Positions 13,703-26,339 of a DNA stretch of 64,000 bases are shown piece after piece (the first letter of the stretch is position 1; each line of letters starts with the position of its first letter). The DNA is from Octopus bimaculoides (taxonomy: Eukaryota). A program made the position numbers and the translations under genes. The notes below the pieces were generated by a model. The model did no database searches and was not told the origin of the DNA. It worked only from the letters and a program-made list of their open reading frames with translations. The stretch covers positions 159,297,031-159,361,030 of the forward strand of contig NC_068982.1 of NCBI RefSeq assembly GCF_001194135.2, in the 5' to 3' direction.

Positions 13703-13922
13703 AAGGTAGCTAAGTGGCAGAATTATTAGCTGTCCTGTAAAATATTTACTGACATTTCATTTGCCTCTACGTTGTGAGTTCAAGTTCTGCCGAGACTGGT
13801 TTTAGAGGTCATCCTTTCAACGCCAAAGAATTAAGTAAAAGTTGAGCACTGGGATCAGTGTAATTTACTAGTCCTTCCTCTTAAAGTTCAGGTCTTGTGT
13901 CGATAGTCGAAAGGATTATTAT
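13703..13922 (+). mobile_element. Diverged full-length tRNA-SINE (family A)
   Basis: A-box-like TGGCAGAAT and B-box-like GAGTTCAAGTTC; colinear with the reverse complement of 52080-52308. Confidence 0.8.
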
Positions 13923-14395
13923 CATTATTTATATTTATATTCATAATGAATTTCCTATACCATAAAGAAACCTGTGTAATATGAAATTAAAATCGTAACA
14001 AATTTTCCCGTTAACCGAATCCACACACAATGCGCTGCTCGGCCTAAGATATCATAGGAATGAACACATGCGCTTGGGAAGAATCTGCTTTATCAGATTT
14101 TTGCTTCTAATTACGTCTGAGTGATGACCATTTGGTAAAATATTCTAGTGTATTCTAGTGCCTCAACCTTGACAGTTTGTATATACTCATGTTATTTTGA
14201 CGTGTTATTTTATACTTATGTTATTGTTATTTCAGTCCATAAAGATCACTGTGGTATTTACAACATCCCTCCAATAAATCATTAGCACCACAATAAATCA
14301 TCCACAATGATGTTATCGTAATTCAGACGCAATTGCATACAATTTTGTAACTAACTATCAAAGGTGTTTTCGAATTGTATCACGATAGGAGATTG

Positions 14396-14476
14396 TCTTC
14401 TTCTTCTTCTTCTTCTTCTTCTTCTTCTTCTTCTTCTTCTTCTTCTTCTTCTTCTTCTTCTTCTTCTTCTTCTTCT
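14396..14476. repeat. (TCT)n microsatellite
   Basis: Read directly. Confidence 0.97.
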
Positions 14477-17400
14477 GTTCTAACATTCACCCTTCCCACG
14501 CCCCTAATTTCTCAATTTTTTTTAATATTTCATATTTTATACGTCTCTTTCAATAATCTTTCGCTTTTATATTCGGGTGGTGATCATGTTGGTGGGCTGT
14601 TTACATTCCATATTCAACCTCTTTGTTCGAGGTTGAATGTGGTAAAACAATTTTAGTAAAGGCTATTTAGTGTGGTTAATGAGATGGTTAATGAGCATCG
14701 CAATTAGTGAGGCTAGCTTTAATCGATCAGATCTTTTACAAAAGGGGCTCAATCTACGATAATTCTATATTTCTTAATATATTCAATATAACATTATTAA
14801 ATGCACTAAGCTTCGTTTTTTTTTACATCCAATATTCTTTGGCTTAATGTAAATTTAGTTGTTATTTCTATCAAAAATAACAATGTTTTAACAGAATTCA
14901 TTTTAGCTTGCAGAAGAACATTAGTAAGAATTGTTGTCCTCTTCGACGACCAATTATATATATACACTTGCCTTGATTATCGCTAATAGCTTGTCTATTA
15001 TTTACAACAGATTATTTAAATGAAAACGTCTATCAGTCTTCAGTCTTTTTATGTATAAAGTAGATACGAAGAACAAACAATGTAAAACAACATTTTGTCT
15101 CGACATACTATGATCAATAAATAAATCAAATAGTTTTGTGCTTACAAGCTTTATTTCATATAACTAGTATTACAGAAAACTTTTTTGGTGAGTCTCTTCA
15201 GAGAGATCTTCCTGCTGCATCGGATTTTATTGAATACGTGTTCAAACAATTTGTCCTTCATTCTAATATCGGACGAAAATCGAAAACAGGATTTAGTTTA
15301 GTATACTTTCAATTATTCCAAATGCTTTGTTCAATACTATACATTGCGGTTAACATTAATACTGAAATATTTTCTTTGTTATGATAAACAACTAGTTAGT
15401 TGTAGATCTTTGAATGTGTATCTATAGAAACCGCAGACGACACTAAGTTTGACTTTAAAATTAAGTTTCAAAGGCCTGAAATTCTTTATGAGACTAGTCT
15501 TGACTTGTTACAAGCGACACTGACTACGCCCAGTGTTACTGAAATCTAGGGCGTGACACTTTACTTATAGGGACAATACAATGAGTAGTGATGGTTCATT
15601 AATGTTCAGGGATAGTGTAGGGTGACATACGCTTGTAATTTTGAGATAACGACACTATTCCAATTGAAATTTGAAGTTTATCTAGTAACACTGTAATATG
15701 CTTTATTATACTAATCGAAGGTGTGGGTAATACATATCAAACAGGAAAAGAAAAACACTACATGGATTGAGAATGAGATACCTTGGAAAACTAAGACCAG
15801 TGGAAGCCAAAACAAAACATTAATAAACCTAATGTTATACATTTTAAGTGTCCTTAAAATGGAAGAAATATTGATATAGCGAACAATCTGCTATATTAGG
15901 CACGTGCAAAGATGGAGAACGATTGATTACAAGAGATACAAAAACAATCTCATTAAAGTTGTGTAATGATAGGAGACACCACGTTATTCCGTAAATGAAG
16001 TGCAAGAATGTGATCAGACGTAGCGTCACAAATGTTGGCTTCAATATACTCTGTTGAACTGCAAAGACGAGGGATGCACAACTTTTGTTACGTCAAACAC
16101 AATTTGCAGAACTTTGTGCAGTTATCGACTAATATGGATAGAATGCTTATAATATTGATACATCGGTGAAGACAAGATCAAATATATGATTTCGTAAAGT
16201 GCATTTACGAGCATTGTGTACAGAAATTCAAATTGAAATTTCCTCCATTAGAATCTTTCCGAGTCAACAGAAAGGAGATCATGCACCAATTAGAGCTGAT
16301 TTATAAAGTTTAAGCTTTACGCTACCATGAAGACTGTGGAGATAGTAAAACATCCCATTGTTTGATTTCATTGTGTGTAACATCCCTTTCAATATTGAGA
16401 TAAAATAAGTCATTCTTCCAGAATCGAAACTAATCAAACATTTATTTCAGAGTAATCGATAACAATACCCTTTCAAAATTCTGTGCATTTTTTGACAATG
16501 AGAAAAATCTTCCAGAATATATTACTAAAACGTATCTGTAGAGTCAGTATTATGTATCCCTTGCTTACACAACAGAACTATCTAGTGGTTAATTAATTTG
16601 ATTTTGCGATTTTCCTCCGTATAAGCACTATGAATACTTTAGCAAATCAGTATTGGTGCTCGATATTCATTTACAGACATCTATACATATAGACATTTCA
16701 ACAAATTCAATCAACAGATTATTTTCGATTTCAGATTTTAGCAATTTCGATAAAACTCACACACCCATGGAAAGGTATGAAAGCAAAGCTCTTATTTTCA
16801 AAGGGAATCAGGCTGATCATACGTTCGGAATATATATTTTCAATGACTAGATATCAAGAAATAAACCTTAGTTACAGGGTGCCCAAAGGGTCCAATATGT
16901 TTCATTCTAGTTAGGATTGTACAGCAAAATCATAAAATTACACAACAGACACACACACACATACACAAGCACGCACAACCTGCGCGCCGGCGCACATAAA
17001 CACCCTCCACACACACGTGATGCAACGAACAAAATATATACCAACAAAAACATGGTTAATTCACAATGGAAATTTTCATTTTAATATTCATAGGAACATA
17101 AGTAGTAATGCCGGTGCCAACAGTGTTCTATTTCTGAAGTCACTGCAGAGTGGAAAGAAAATATGGTATATGGAGAAAAAAATCAAAATATGATTTTTAA
17201 AAATCCACAATGCACGTGTGTATGTGTTTGCGTATGAGTGTGTGTTTGTGTATTGGGATGTAAATGTATATATTCACACATGTCCATAACGTATTGTGAT
17301 GTATATTGCATATCAGCTCTAAGGACAAAGATAATACGTGTTGCACATATTCATGCATAAATATGTTTTCCTCGCTCGCTCTTGTATATATGTGTATATA

Positions 17401-17489
17401 TATATATATATATAGTAATTGTAAGACAACAAAAGAATGAATGAGACCTCGATATTATGTAAATAGGGAAATTGAAATGTAATATAATA

Positions 17490-17800
17490 TGTGACAATTA
17501 TTTAGATATCTAGCGGGGTCTAAGATGCTTTTCAAGATGAGCCGTCTTTCCATATCACAAAGACTGCACTTTCCACTGCCGTTGGTGTAACGCTTACACT
17601 TGGCTAAGATCTTCCAATGGATGTTGTAGCTGACACCTTTATCTTTTAAGAACCATATATGATTGGATATATATTTTGTGACGATTGTGTTTTCCCTCGG
17701 AAGAAAAATAGTGGATTTCGTTTGGGTATGTAGATTCGAACCTGGATCTATCGAATACCCCAGTAGGTTACAACGGCACTTTCTCAGGGAGTGACAATGG
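17490..17800 (-). mobile_element. Penelope-like element GIY-YIG endonuclease C-terminal relic
   Basis: ISNHIWFLKDKGVSYNIHWKILAKCKRYTNGSGKCSLCDMERRLIL...LN fits the PLE endonuclease pattern S.HIW.LKD....Y.I.W.IL.....Y......C.LC..E...I...LN. Confidence 0.85.
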
Positions 17801-18477
17801 ATGGCACCAGTTACATTGAACACACGGACTTAACAAGTCGATTTATGCATTTTTCACTTAGCCCTTTTGACATCTTCTATACCAACAAAAGCTGAAAATA
17901 GATAAGAATCACCTACAAAATTCTTCGCATTATTCTCAGAGACGTGTCGCTTTTCTCACTCTTCTGCGGTAATTATAAGGATGAGTTAGTTGGTGAAAGC
18001 AGTTGGTGAGATGAGTTGACTACGACCTGAGACATCATTTCAATGGCTAATGTCATTTTATCTTCCTCCGCAGCTGGCTAAGTGACAGGCAGTGCGAAAG
18101 TATCATTGTATCTTCCTCCCTCCTCTCTGTCACTCTATCACCCTTTAAGGTTTACTACTACAACCAACGTAAACACAGTACAAGAAGATAAAACGAGTGA
18201 CTCGCTTTTGTTTTCACCGGCATATTGGGAATATAAACTCTAATATTTTGTGATGACATGGTATCTCCAACACTGGATGTTCCATCAGCGAGAAGTACTT
18301 TCAGCGCTAATATTTTGCAAAGGCTGTGTGCCGGGAACACTGGTATATTATAAAAGCTTCGCGCTGTCATCTATGTAAGTTTTGACATTTCTTTCTAAAT
18401 GCATAACTGAAAATATTATGGACTTGTTTGTTATATTTGCTGTTTCCTTTGTCTAACTCTAGCAAAATATATATATA

Positions 18478-18556
18478 CAAAATAAGCAACAGGATATCAA
18501 GAAGTGATTCAGTATGATCATTTCAAGCGACTCCATTTTAACTAAACACTGCAATC
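18478..18556 (-). repeat. Inverted partial copy (3' half) of the adjacent hammerhead-bearing repeat
   Basis: Its reverse complement aligns with 18652-18729 over about 78 bp and includes GGAGTCGCTTGAAA-TGATCA-TA-CTG. Confidence 0.88.
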
Positions 18557-18610
18557 ATTATAATCATAAATTTTATATTAATGTGACCAACTGATTAAAA
18601 TTCTATTTAT

Positions 18611-18704
18611 TTGTGCAGCTGATGATGGCTCTTCATTTAAATTGATGTCTTGATTGCATTGTTCAATTAAATGGAGTCGCTTGAAACGGTCGTACTGCAT
18701 CACA
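18611..18704 (+). ncRNA. Putative type I hammerhead ribozyme, partly decayed
   Basis: CTGATGA (18619-18625), a long imperfect stem II, GAAA (18683-18686), self-complementary stem III ACGGTCGT, UA site (18693-18694), and stem I TG-TGCAG/CTGCATCA in correct register. Confidence 0.7.
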
Positions 18705-18814
18705 TTTTAATATCTTGTTGCTTCTTTTGATTTTATTCACCTTACTTCGATCTGTGCGGATAATACTGGACTGACTTTGTGCTTCTACTTAAATATCAAA
18801 TTCAACTGAATCTC

Positions 18815-18857
<43 letters not shown>

Positions 18858-20878
18858 ACAGGATGAGATACAAAAAATCCAACGCTGCGAATATAAAGAG
18901 GTCTTACAGCTGTCTCCGGGTGTTTTATATATTCCTTCATCATAGACGGTGCGAGAATATGTTTAAGTAGTAGTTATTATAGAAAAGATATGAAATACAG
19001 AGTGAAGTGGAGGAATGAAATCTGACGTGAGATGCGTAAGGACACAGTATTGGCGGTTCAATTATTTAAGCAGAATGGTGTATATGTAAGGTTCCTGTAC
19101 CTTATGTGTGTGTTCCAATGTCGTTTATAATTGGTCACTCCAAGCATACAGTCTTGTAAACGGTTTTATTCTATCGAGGGTTTCTTTGTTTGCTTAAATC
19201 ATGGAACTGCAAACACAATATCTTTACGTATCTTACGTGTCTGCCTGTCTGTCTGTCTATTTATTTATCTATCTATCCTTTCCCCATCCTTTATTGTCTT
19301 TTTCTCCTCTTTCTCGATTATCCTGAAACATCTCTCCCTCTCTGTTTGCTCCGCCTCTCTACTTTTCTTTCGTTCTCTCCCCCTTTTCCCAAAAACAAAT
19401 CAATATTCTCCTCTTAGAAACGAAGCAAAAAACCGTGCGATTAATAAATGAACAACGAAACATTCTGTTTTTAACATTTGATTTTGATTTTGTCTTGACG
19501 AGTTCGAAAAAGTAACGGAAGTGCTAATAAAGGATTATCCAAATTTATTACTGCCTCCTTACTTCAATATTCAACAGCTGTACACCACTCCAAATACTCC
19601 ATATATATATATATACTTACACATACATGCATGTGTATACATGTGTATGTATATACTTACATATACATACATGTGTATTCATGTGTATGCATATATATAT
19701 ATATATATAAAAGATGGTGTGAACTAGAAATATTAGCTTAATGATTTTCAATACCAACTGTTATGCGTATACGTGCATGAAGAAGAAAATATTTCTCTCA
19801 CATGTGGCTATTCATTCATCTGAACACGCTGACAACCAATACATAATGCACTTTCTGCTATTCAATTTTGCAGGAATAGAAATACCACACATTTATACTG
19901 AGAAATGCTGGCAATTAGCCAGAGAACGGTGGTGGACAAATATATTGATGGTTGACACGCAGCATTGTGGTCAGCAAATATCTCTACAGCACTTATTACT
20001 CTAAAATACATGTAAATATTAATGCCATATGAGGAACGCTTGCAACAATTACTCGGTGTTATGGTTGATTTGGCATATGAGACCTGGTCGATCATATATT
20101 ATGAGAGACATTCCATCGGTGACTACGCCATCTTTTTAGGATCAGGTAGGATTTAATTATCTAATATGACACTATCCTCGTTGTCTAATATAAGTGGACA
20201 TCGTGTGATTTAAAGGGATTTGACTAGAGATTTCAGTAATATGAAATACCAAAGACAGTCTGGTAATTATGGACAGAATAAAATTGAAATTAGTTGCAAA
20301 AATGCGGCGTAATTTGATCTTTATTTTTCAATTTCAGTTTTTAGAACAATATTCCGTTTTGAGTTTTCACTTAAAATCTCAACTATAAATTTAATCCTGC
20401 CATCATAAGCCAGCGATCGCTTATATACACTATTGCTCGACCTGATATCAATAGCTGCGATGTCTTTTTAAAGTCCCAATGTTTAATATTAAGATGGAGA
20501 AATATGATGAATAATGTTGTCCTGAATGATATCTGAAGTATAATACGTACATGATAGTCATAGTTTAAATGCTTTTCATCCACGTTTGGTTAATGAGGGC
20601 TGTCAGAGAGTTAGTCACAACAATTTCACTTATGATGATTCGACAAATTTATTAATCGAATTGATCGGTGAAACATAACGATGAACAGAGTACAAAAGAA
20701 ACAGAAAATGAGGCAGGACCAAGAATAATGTTGTTTAAAAGACTGAAATAAATGTCTATATTATATAGAGTCGGAACAATTATTATGCAGTAAAGTCCCA
20801 CATATATATGATTTTTAACTATTCAAGTAAACATAAATTACTCCAATAATATAAAATGCACTTAAGAAACGAAATCTA

Positions 20879-21048
20879 TAAAGATATAAACACATTTATT
20901 TTATAATATCCTTGAGTTTGGATATAGACTACGCTGTAACTGTGTTATAACACTACAAAAACTAAATCAGTAACAAACACGTAACAAAATTATTTCGCTT
21001 CTCAACGACTTCTGCGACTGCCTTCACAAATGCAACTGCACATACCAC
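20879..21048. repeat. 170-bp copy identical to the LTR-internal segment 22658-22827
   Basis: Base-by-base identity by eye; offset 1779 bp. Confidence 0.95.
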
Positions 21049-21469
21049 ACTATATATGTAGATAATAGTGAATATTGTTTTAAAAGCTGGTAGTAACGGT
21101 CGTATTTTGGTTTTTGAGATTTCCTGAAAGAAACGTACTCCAATTTGTAGGCGTGTGGTAACATTAAGCGTGATCAATATGCAGAGAAACAGAAGGAATG
21201 CGTAACAACTATAGAGATTACAGAAAATAGGTCAGAAAATCGTTACGCATATATCCTGCAAAACAGGGAAGGGTCTCACATATCAAAATAGAAAAGTTGA
21301 AAATCTTACCAACTCAGGCTACAAATCTTTACATGACAAACATTATCAATCTAAAACAATGAAAAATAATTGATTGTGGTTCCTGATAAAATTGAAAGCT
21401 TCTGCTCATTTTTCGCTTTAGTAATACGTGCACTCAGTCAACTCAGGTACAAATGAGTTATACTTATAA

Positions 21470-21645
21470 TTCAAAGGTCCAGTATCGTCACAGTTTGTAT
21501 CACACTGAATCTATCAGGGAACTACGTTAAGGATATGCTTGTCTGTGGAGTGCTCAACCACTTGCGCATTCATTTCACGAGCAGGCTCTTCCGTTGATCG
21601 GATAAACTGGAACTCTCGTCGTCGTAACCGATGGAGTGCCAGTTA
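21470..21645 (+). mobile_element. 3' half of tRNA-SINE family B
   Basis: AACTACGTTAAGG...TGTGGAGTGCTCAACCACTTGC...CACGAGCAGGCT...GGAGTGCCA matches 45530-45700. Confidence 0.88.
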
Positions 21646-22494
21646 ATACATGTATAAATAAATATGCCTTTTTTTACAGCTATATGTGGATATCTTTCAC
21701 AAGGATTTCAGTTAACTTACTATATGACCCGCAAATCAACCGTCTACATTTATGAAGTCAATTTTTTCGCGGTTTTGATTTTAAGAACTTAGGAGTTTAT
21801 AAGTATAGAAGGATATCAGGAGATACCCTTAAGCTAACCTATAGTCATCGAGTGATAGACATCATCTGGGCAACGTTAATATTTGTAACAGTTGCGTCAC
21901 TCCACTTCCTTTTGTAAAATCACGGCTGAGTAATCAAAGAAACTGCTCATGATAATAAATAGTGATATTTTGACTCAAATCATGCTAGAATTTCTTCCGA
22001 GACATCATCAAATTAGTTAGAGTTTCCATGAATTTGAATATTTCGTTTCAAAAATGTTTATGATTCTCCCCTTTTGAGTTTCAGAAGCAATTTTCGCCTA
22101 CACTGCATTTAAGTAATCCTTAACAATGCATAAAACATTGGCACCATTATGAGCTAGTAACGGATGCTATTACGCTGACCATATTAAAATTGTTAGAACG
22201 TCTCTACATCTATCAAAAAAATCACTGTCATGGAACAAAGGTATATGTATGTACGTGTGCGTGTATGTGTGCGTGCATGTGTGTGCTTGCGCGTGCACGC
22301 GTGCGTGCGTCTATATATTGTGAATCTCCTAGATGGTTGCTTTTATTTGCTGTCGAGGGCAGAATATTGCAATTCAAGTATCTTTAATTTGAAAGATGAA
22401 ATAAAAATAGGTGTTAATTTATGTAATCTCAGTGTTCATAATATGCATAGTTACATACACACATACAAACATGCATACATATATACGCACCCCA

Positions 22495-22542
<48 letters not shown>

Positions 22543-22646
22543 ATATGTATATGTATATTTGTTTTGTTTAGTATTGCGTGCAAAATATATTGGAAACGTA
22601 TAAATATAATTAAAGAAGTATGTGCATATATTGAAAACTAAAGATA

Positions 22647-22906
22647 TGTTCAAACATTAAAGATATAAACACATTTATTTTATAATATCCTTGAGTTTGG
22701 ATATAGACTACGCTGTAACTGTGTTATAACACTACAAAAACTAAATCAGTAACAAACACGTAACAAAATTATTTCGCTTCTCAACGACTTCTGCGACTGC
22801 CTTCACAAATGCAACTGCACATACCACGTGCCTTTATACGGTTTAAGGCAGTTCGCTTACTATCCCACAGGGGTGCCAGGATTTCATCACAACATCTCCC
22901 CTTTTT
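22647..22906 (-). mobile_element. 3' LTR (22647-22894, 248 bp) with polypurine tract (22895-22906)
   Basis: On the minus strand AAAAAGGGGAGA directly precedes TGTTGTG..., and the unit ends ...GAACA (TGTT/AACA ends). It contains a TATAAA-like and an AATAAA-like motif. No matching 5' LTR or recognisable gag/pol was seen. Confidence 0.62.
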
Positions 22907-23242
22907 AAGGTTGACTTACCTTGGAAGTCAATATTTTTCTTTTAGGTATTATATATTTAATAGCACCTATTCCCCCATTTTTTGCTACTTAATTCATCGA
23001 GAAGAAATTGGAATATTGTTTTCGTTTTCTCTCTACTTGCAAAATTTCTGTTTGTCTTCTTTTCATAGTCGATGTACTCGTTGGTTCGACAATTCCTTAA
23101 ACTACCGAGACGCCAAAAATCTCATAAAAAGATTCCATTGGTTCTTCATGTCTTATACATTCTTTCGTAAACCGTTTTTTTCAGTTGGTTTAAATATCCT
23201 TTGTGTCCCCACGTATGACCTATTTTGTGTTTGTGTGTGTGA

Positions 23243-23274
<32 letters not shown>

Positions 23275-24115
23275 CCGTGCTGCGTATTTTCCTTGTGGAT
23301 TCGAAAACTGAGTTGCCGATTTTGAGGTTTGCGGTATCAAAAGATTCAGTAATCTTTCGGCTACTAAATAAAGTATGTGTTTTGCACAGCAACTCACTTT
23401 TAGTACAACAGTAGCTTTGAAAATAAAGTCGAGTCTCATAATTTTGAGACTATTTTTGGACATTATCTGGATTTGCTTCTTATCTACGTGGCGAATTTCA
23501 ATGTTTTGGGTTTCAAAAAATGCAGCAATATACAAGGAATGATTTGAGTGCATTTGCAATGTACAAAACCCTATTTGACAACGAACATGACCAAAAACTA
23601 TGCTTTGTTGAACAATTTTGGGCACATTTTCCGTCAATAATGGCCTTTATGATACAGCAAACCGACAATGTGAACGTCTTCAGTGTTCCCTGATTAAACA
23701 ATTTCTTTGAAGTATTGTGATACTATTTCTTTGTAAAAAGCCCTATTTTTCAACAGAAAATTAATTGAGTACTGAACCGTGTTCTGGCATAATTGTGATC
23801 GCTTCTAGCATTAATACAGAAATTAATTTGTCCATGTAGATTTTCTTTGTAGCAAATGAATCAGTAGTGCCAAGGGAACATTCTCATCTTTAAATTCAGT
23901 AAAATTTCGTAACGTATAAGGTATAGTAAGAGACTATATTCGTTCAGGTGTGCTAAAGATTTGAAGCATTGACTAAGATATTTCGAGCTTTTTTGCCTTT
24001 AAGGTTTTTCTGTTCATTCAACTCAATTTATGCAATGTTGCTTTTGGTGATTAGTATATATTCATATCTATTATTCACTCCACACGCTACAAAGTCCATA
24101 GAGATTTTTCTACAA

Positions 24116-24469
24116 TCTCTCTATTTTTCACAGTGAGTCAAGACAACACATTTGCGCATCTATGCGAGAGCAAACTAAGGTCACATGCACACATGAGGCC
24201 ACCCACGGTACGTGATCCGTCACTGGTCGGGATGCACACCGCGTCCATTGATTGGTACTATTTCAAATCAATTTTTCTTTATCAGAGACACGTACTGCAA
24301 TATCAGTTGGTCGTGGTATTATTGTTATCAATGCCCCGGGCAACGCCGCATTGCGTTCTGTGTGGTGCATACGTTCCACTTGAAATCGAAAGATGTATAT
24401 ATATATATATATATAATACAATATAGCTGTAGTTAATAACACCGGGCAATGCCGGGCTTAATTGCTAGT
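24116..24469 (+). mobile_element. Probable non-autonomous Helitron (3' end supported, 5' end tentative)
   Basis: CCGGGCAATGCCGGG hairpin (24442-24456) followed by CTAG|T (24465-24469). An earlier CCCCGGGCAACGCCG lies at 24334. A possible A|TC start is at 24115-24117. Confidence 0.55.
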
Positions 24470-24506
24470 GTATATGTGTATATATGTATATTTATCTATG
24501 TATCTA

Positions 24507-24557
<51 letters not shown>

Positions 24558-24791
24558 NNNNNNNNNNNNNNNNNNNNNNNNNNNNNNNNNNNNNNNNNNN
24601 NNNNNNNNNNNNNNNNNNNNNNNNNNNNNNNNNNNNNNNNNNNNNNNNNNNNNNNNNNNNNNNNNNNNNNNNNNNNNNNNNNNNNNNNNNNNNNNNNNNN
24701 NNNNNNNNNNNNNNNNNNNNNNNNNNNNNNNNNNNNNNNNNNNNNNNNNNNNNNNNNNNNNNNNNNNNNNNNNNNNNNNNNNNNNNNNNNN
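24558..24791. other. Assembly gap flanked by (TC)n and (TA)n
   Basis: N run. Confidence 0.99.
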
Positions 24792-24792
24792 N

Positions 24793-24825
<33 letters not shown>

Positions 24826-25066
24826 GTGTGTGTGCATGTGTGTATACATACATATGTAAAATAGAAGTTCAATTCGACTGTTGTGTAAACTTTTGTATAT
24901 TATATGCATACCGAGTCTATTGAATATATTATCTAGGTAAAGACAATATGACTCGAAATCTTAATGCAATCGAAATTGTAGAATATGGTACTCAACAGCG
25001 AATGTAGAAGACATATTACTGACGTTGATCAAAATATACTGGAAACTTTAAATATATTTGTAATCC

Positions 25067-25790
25067 TACGAGTGTCGTTGGAAATGTTCATTGGCTGACT
25101 ACAGAGAAATAATGATAAAGCTGTGTTATCTTGCATGCAATAATCTCAGCTCTATCAACTAATAACTGTTTTATTTCTTTCCAGAGAAAATGACAAGTTA
25201 TTGCTGAAAGAAGACTTCAAATCTAACCACTGGCGACGTAACCTGATAATGGGCAAAATTTGACATCATATACCTGCAGATAAAAGGTCTAAGTCCGCAA
25301 GGGCATTCATCCCGACTTGATTAATACATTACGGGATGACACCTCATCTTTAGTAACAGTGCAAAAACTTGGGAGCTGAATGTATGTTGGGAACGAAGGA
25401 AACTTAAAATGACCCAATGTCAGAACATCCTGCAACTGCCTCCACCGAAGAAAAAATTGTAATCGCGTGGTAATAAACACATGTGTCATAAGAATATATC
25501 CCACGAGAGAGTTGCGAATATGCTGGACAATGAGTTCTCATTGGGAAGGTTTGTTATCGGTGTGTGCCGCGTGTTCTCACACCGGATCAAAAATGTACCA
25601 GATTGATCACATAATGGTAAAATCTGTCATATGAAGTAGTTCTAGCTATTCTAGTTTCTTTGAAGGTTTCCTAACCCAGATGAGTATAAGCTTCATCAGT
25701 TTTAGGCAGAGACAAAGAAAGACTCCATACTGTGGAGAGACCCTTCCATACCAGCACCAACAAACGCCAAGATCTTCAGGACAGTTGCCT
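25067..25790 (+). mobile_element. Mariner transposase relic, N-terminal half, with possible 5' TIR remnant
   Basis: ATG at 25249, then IYLQIKGLSP, NDPMSEHPATASTEEKI, ISHERVANMLDNE, RCVPRVLTPDQKCTRLIT, GFLTQ and HQF*AETKKDSILWRDPSIPAP. TACGAG... TIR-like start at 25067. Confidence 0.9.
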
Positions 25791-26339
25791 CCTCAGTTAT
25801 TTTGCATGCAAAATACATATATCAATCCATTCACGTGTGTATAGCTTATATGTGTATGTATGCTACACATATCCATTCAAGTGTGTGGTTCTTACTGAGA
25901 TACTTAGATAAGATTCGGCCGGAACTCGCCTAGTTTATTTCTAATTAATAATGGAACCTTGAAAAGACATTTATTATATTTTATATATCTCGATGAGAGA
26001 GTATTCACTACCAAAGTAAGTAAAGAAAAAGCTGGTAACGAAATTGGTAATGTGCCTTTACAGAAATGTGATGAACCCACATACTAGCAGATTAACGCCG
26101 GTCTAAATGCTCTGGCTACTACTGAAAAGCAGTATATGTATGACATTTAAAAAGTACACGAGACCCAATCAACAAAGACAGTGCCAACAGAGTTTTGAAG
26201 ACAGAGAAGATAAAAGATAACTAGGTTATTGAAGACCACCAGTCTTGTAATGATGCTTATTGCATGCAACCAAGCAAATCACTATAAGTCCCACCAACAG
26301 AAAGTAAAGAAGGAAATAGACATGATAGTTGAGACACCC

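Noticed and set aside
15135-15330. Splice-like signals (GGTGAGT donor on plus; AG/ATG frame on minus)
   Set aside because: No consistent exon or recognisable protein.
17930-17975. Minus-strand CAGAAGA...GACACGTC resembling a hammerhead core next to the GIY-YIG relic
   Set aside because: Two core substitutions are needed and stem I does not pair.
19872-20004. TTTTGCAG acceptor followed by GIEIPHIYTEKCWQLARERWW...
   Set aside because: No convincing donor or homology.
22809-23637. Longest ORF-track entries (201 aa plus strand, 163 aa minus strand)
   Set aside because: They run through an LTR and a (TG)n repeat and carry no domain motifs.
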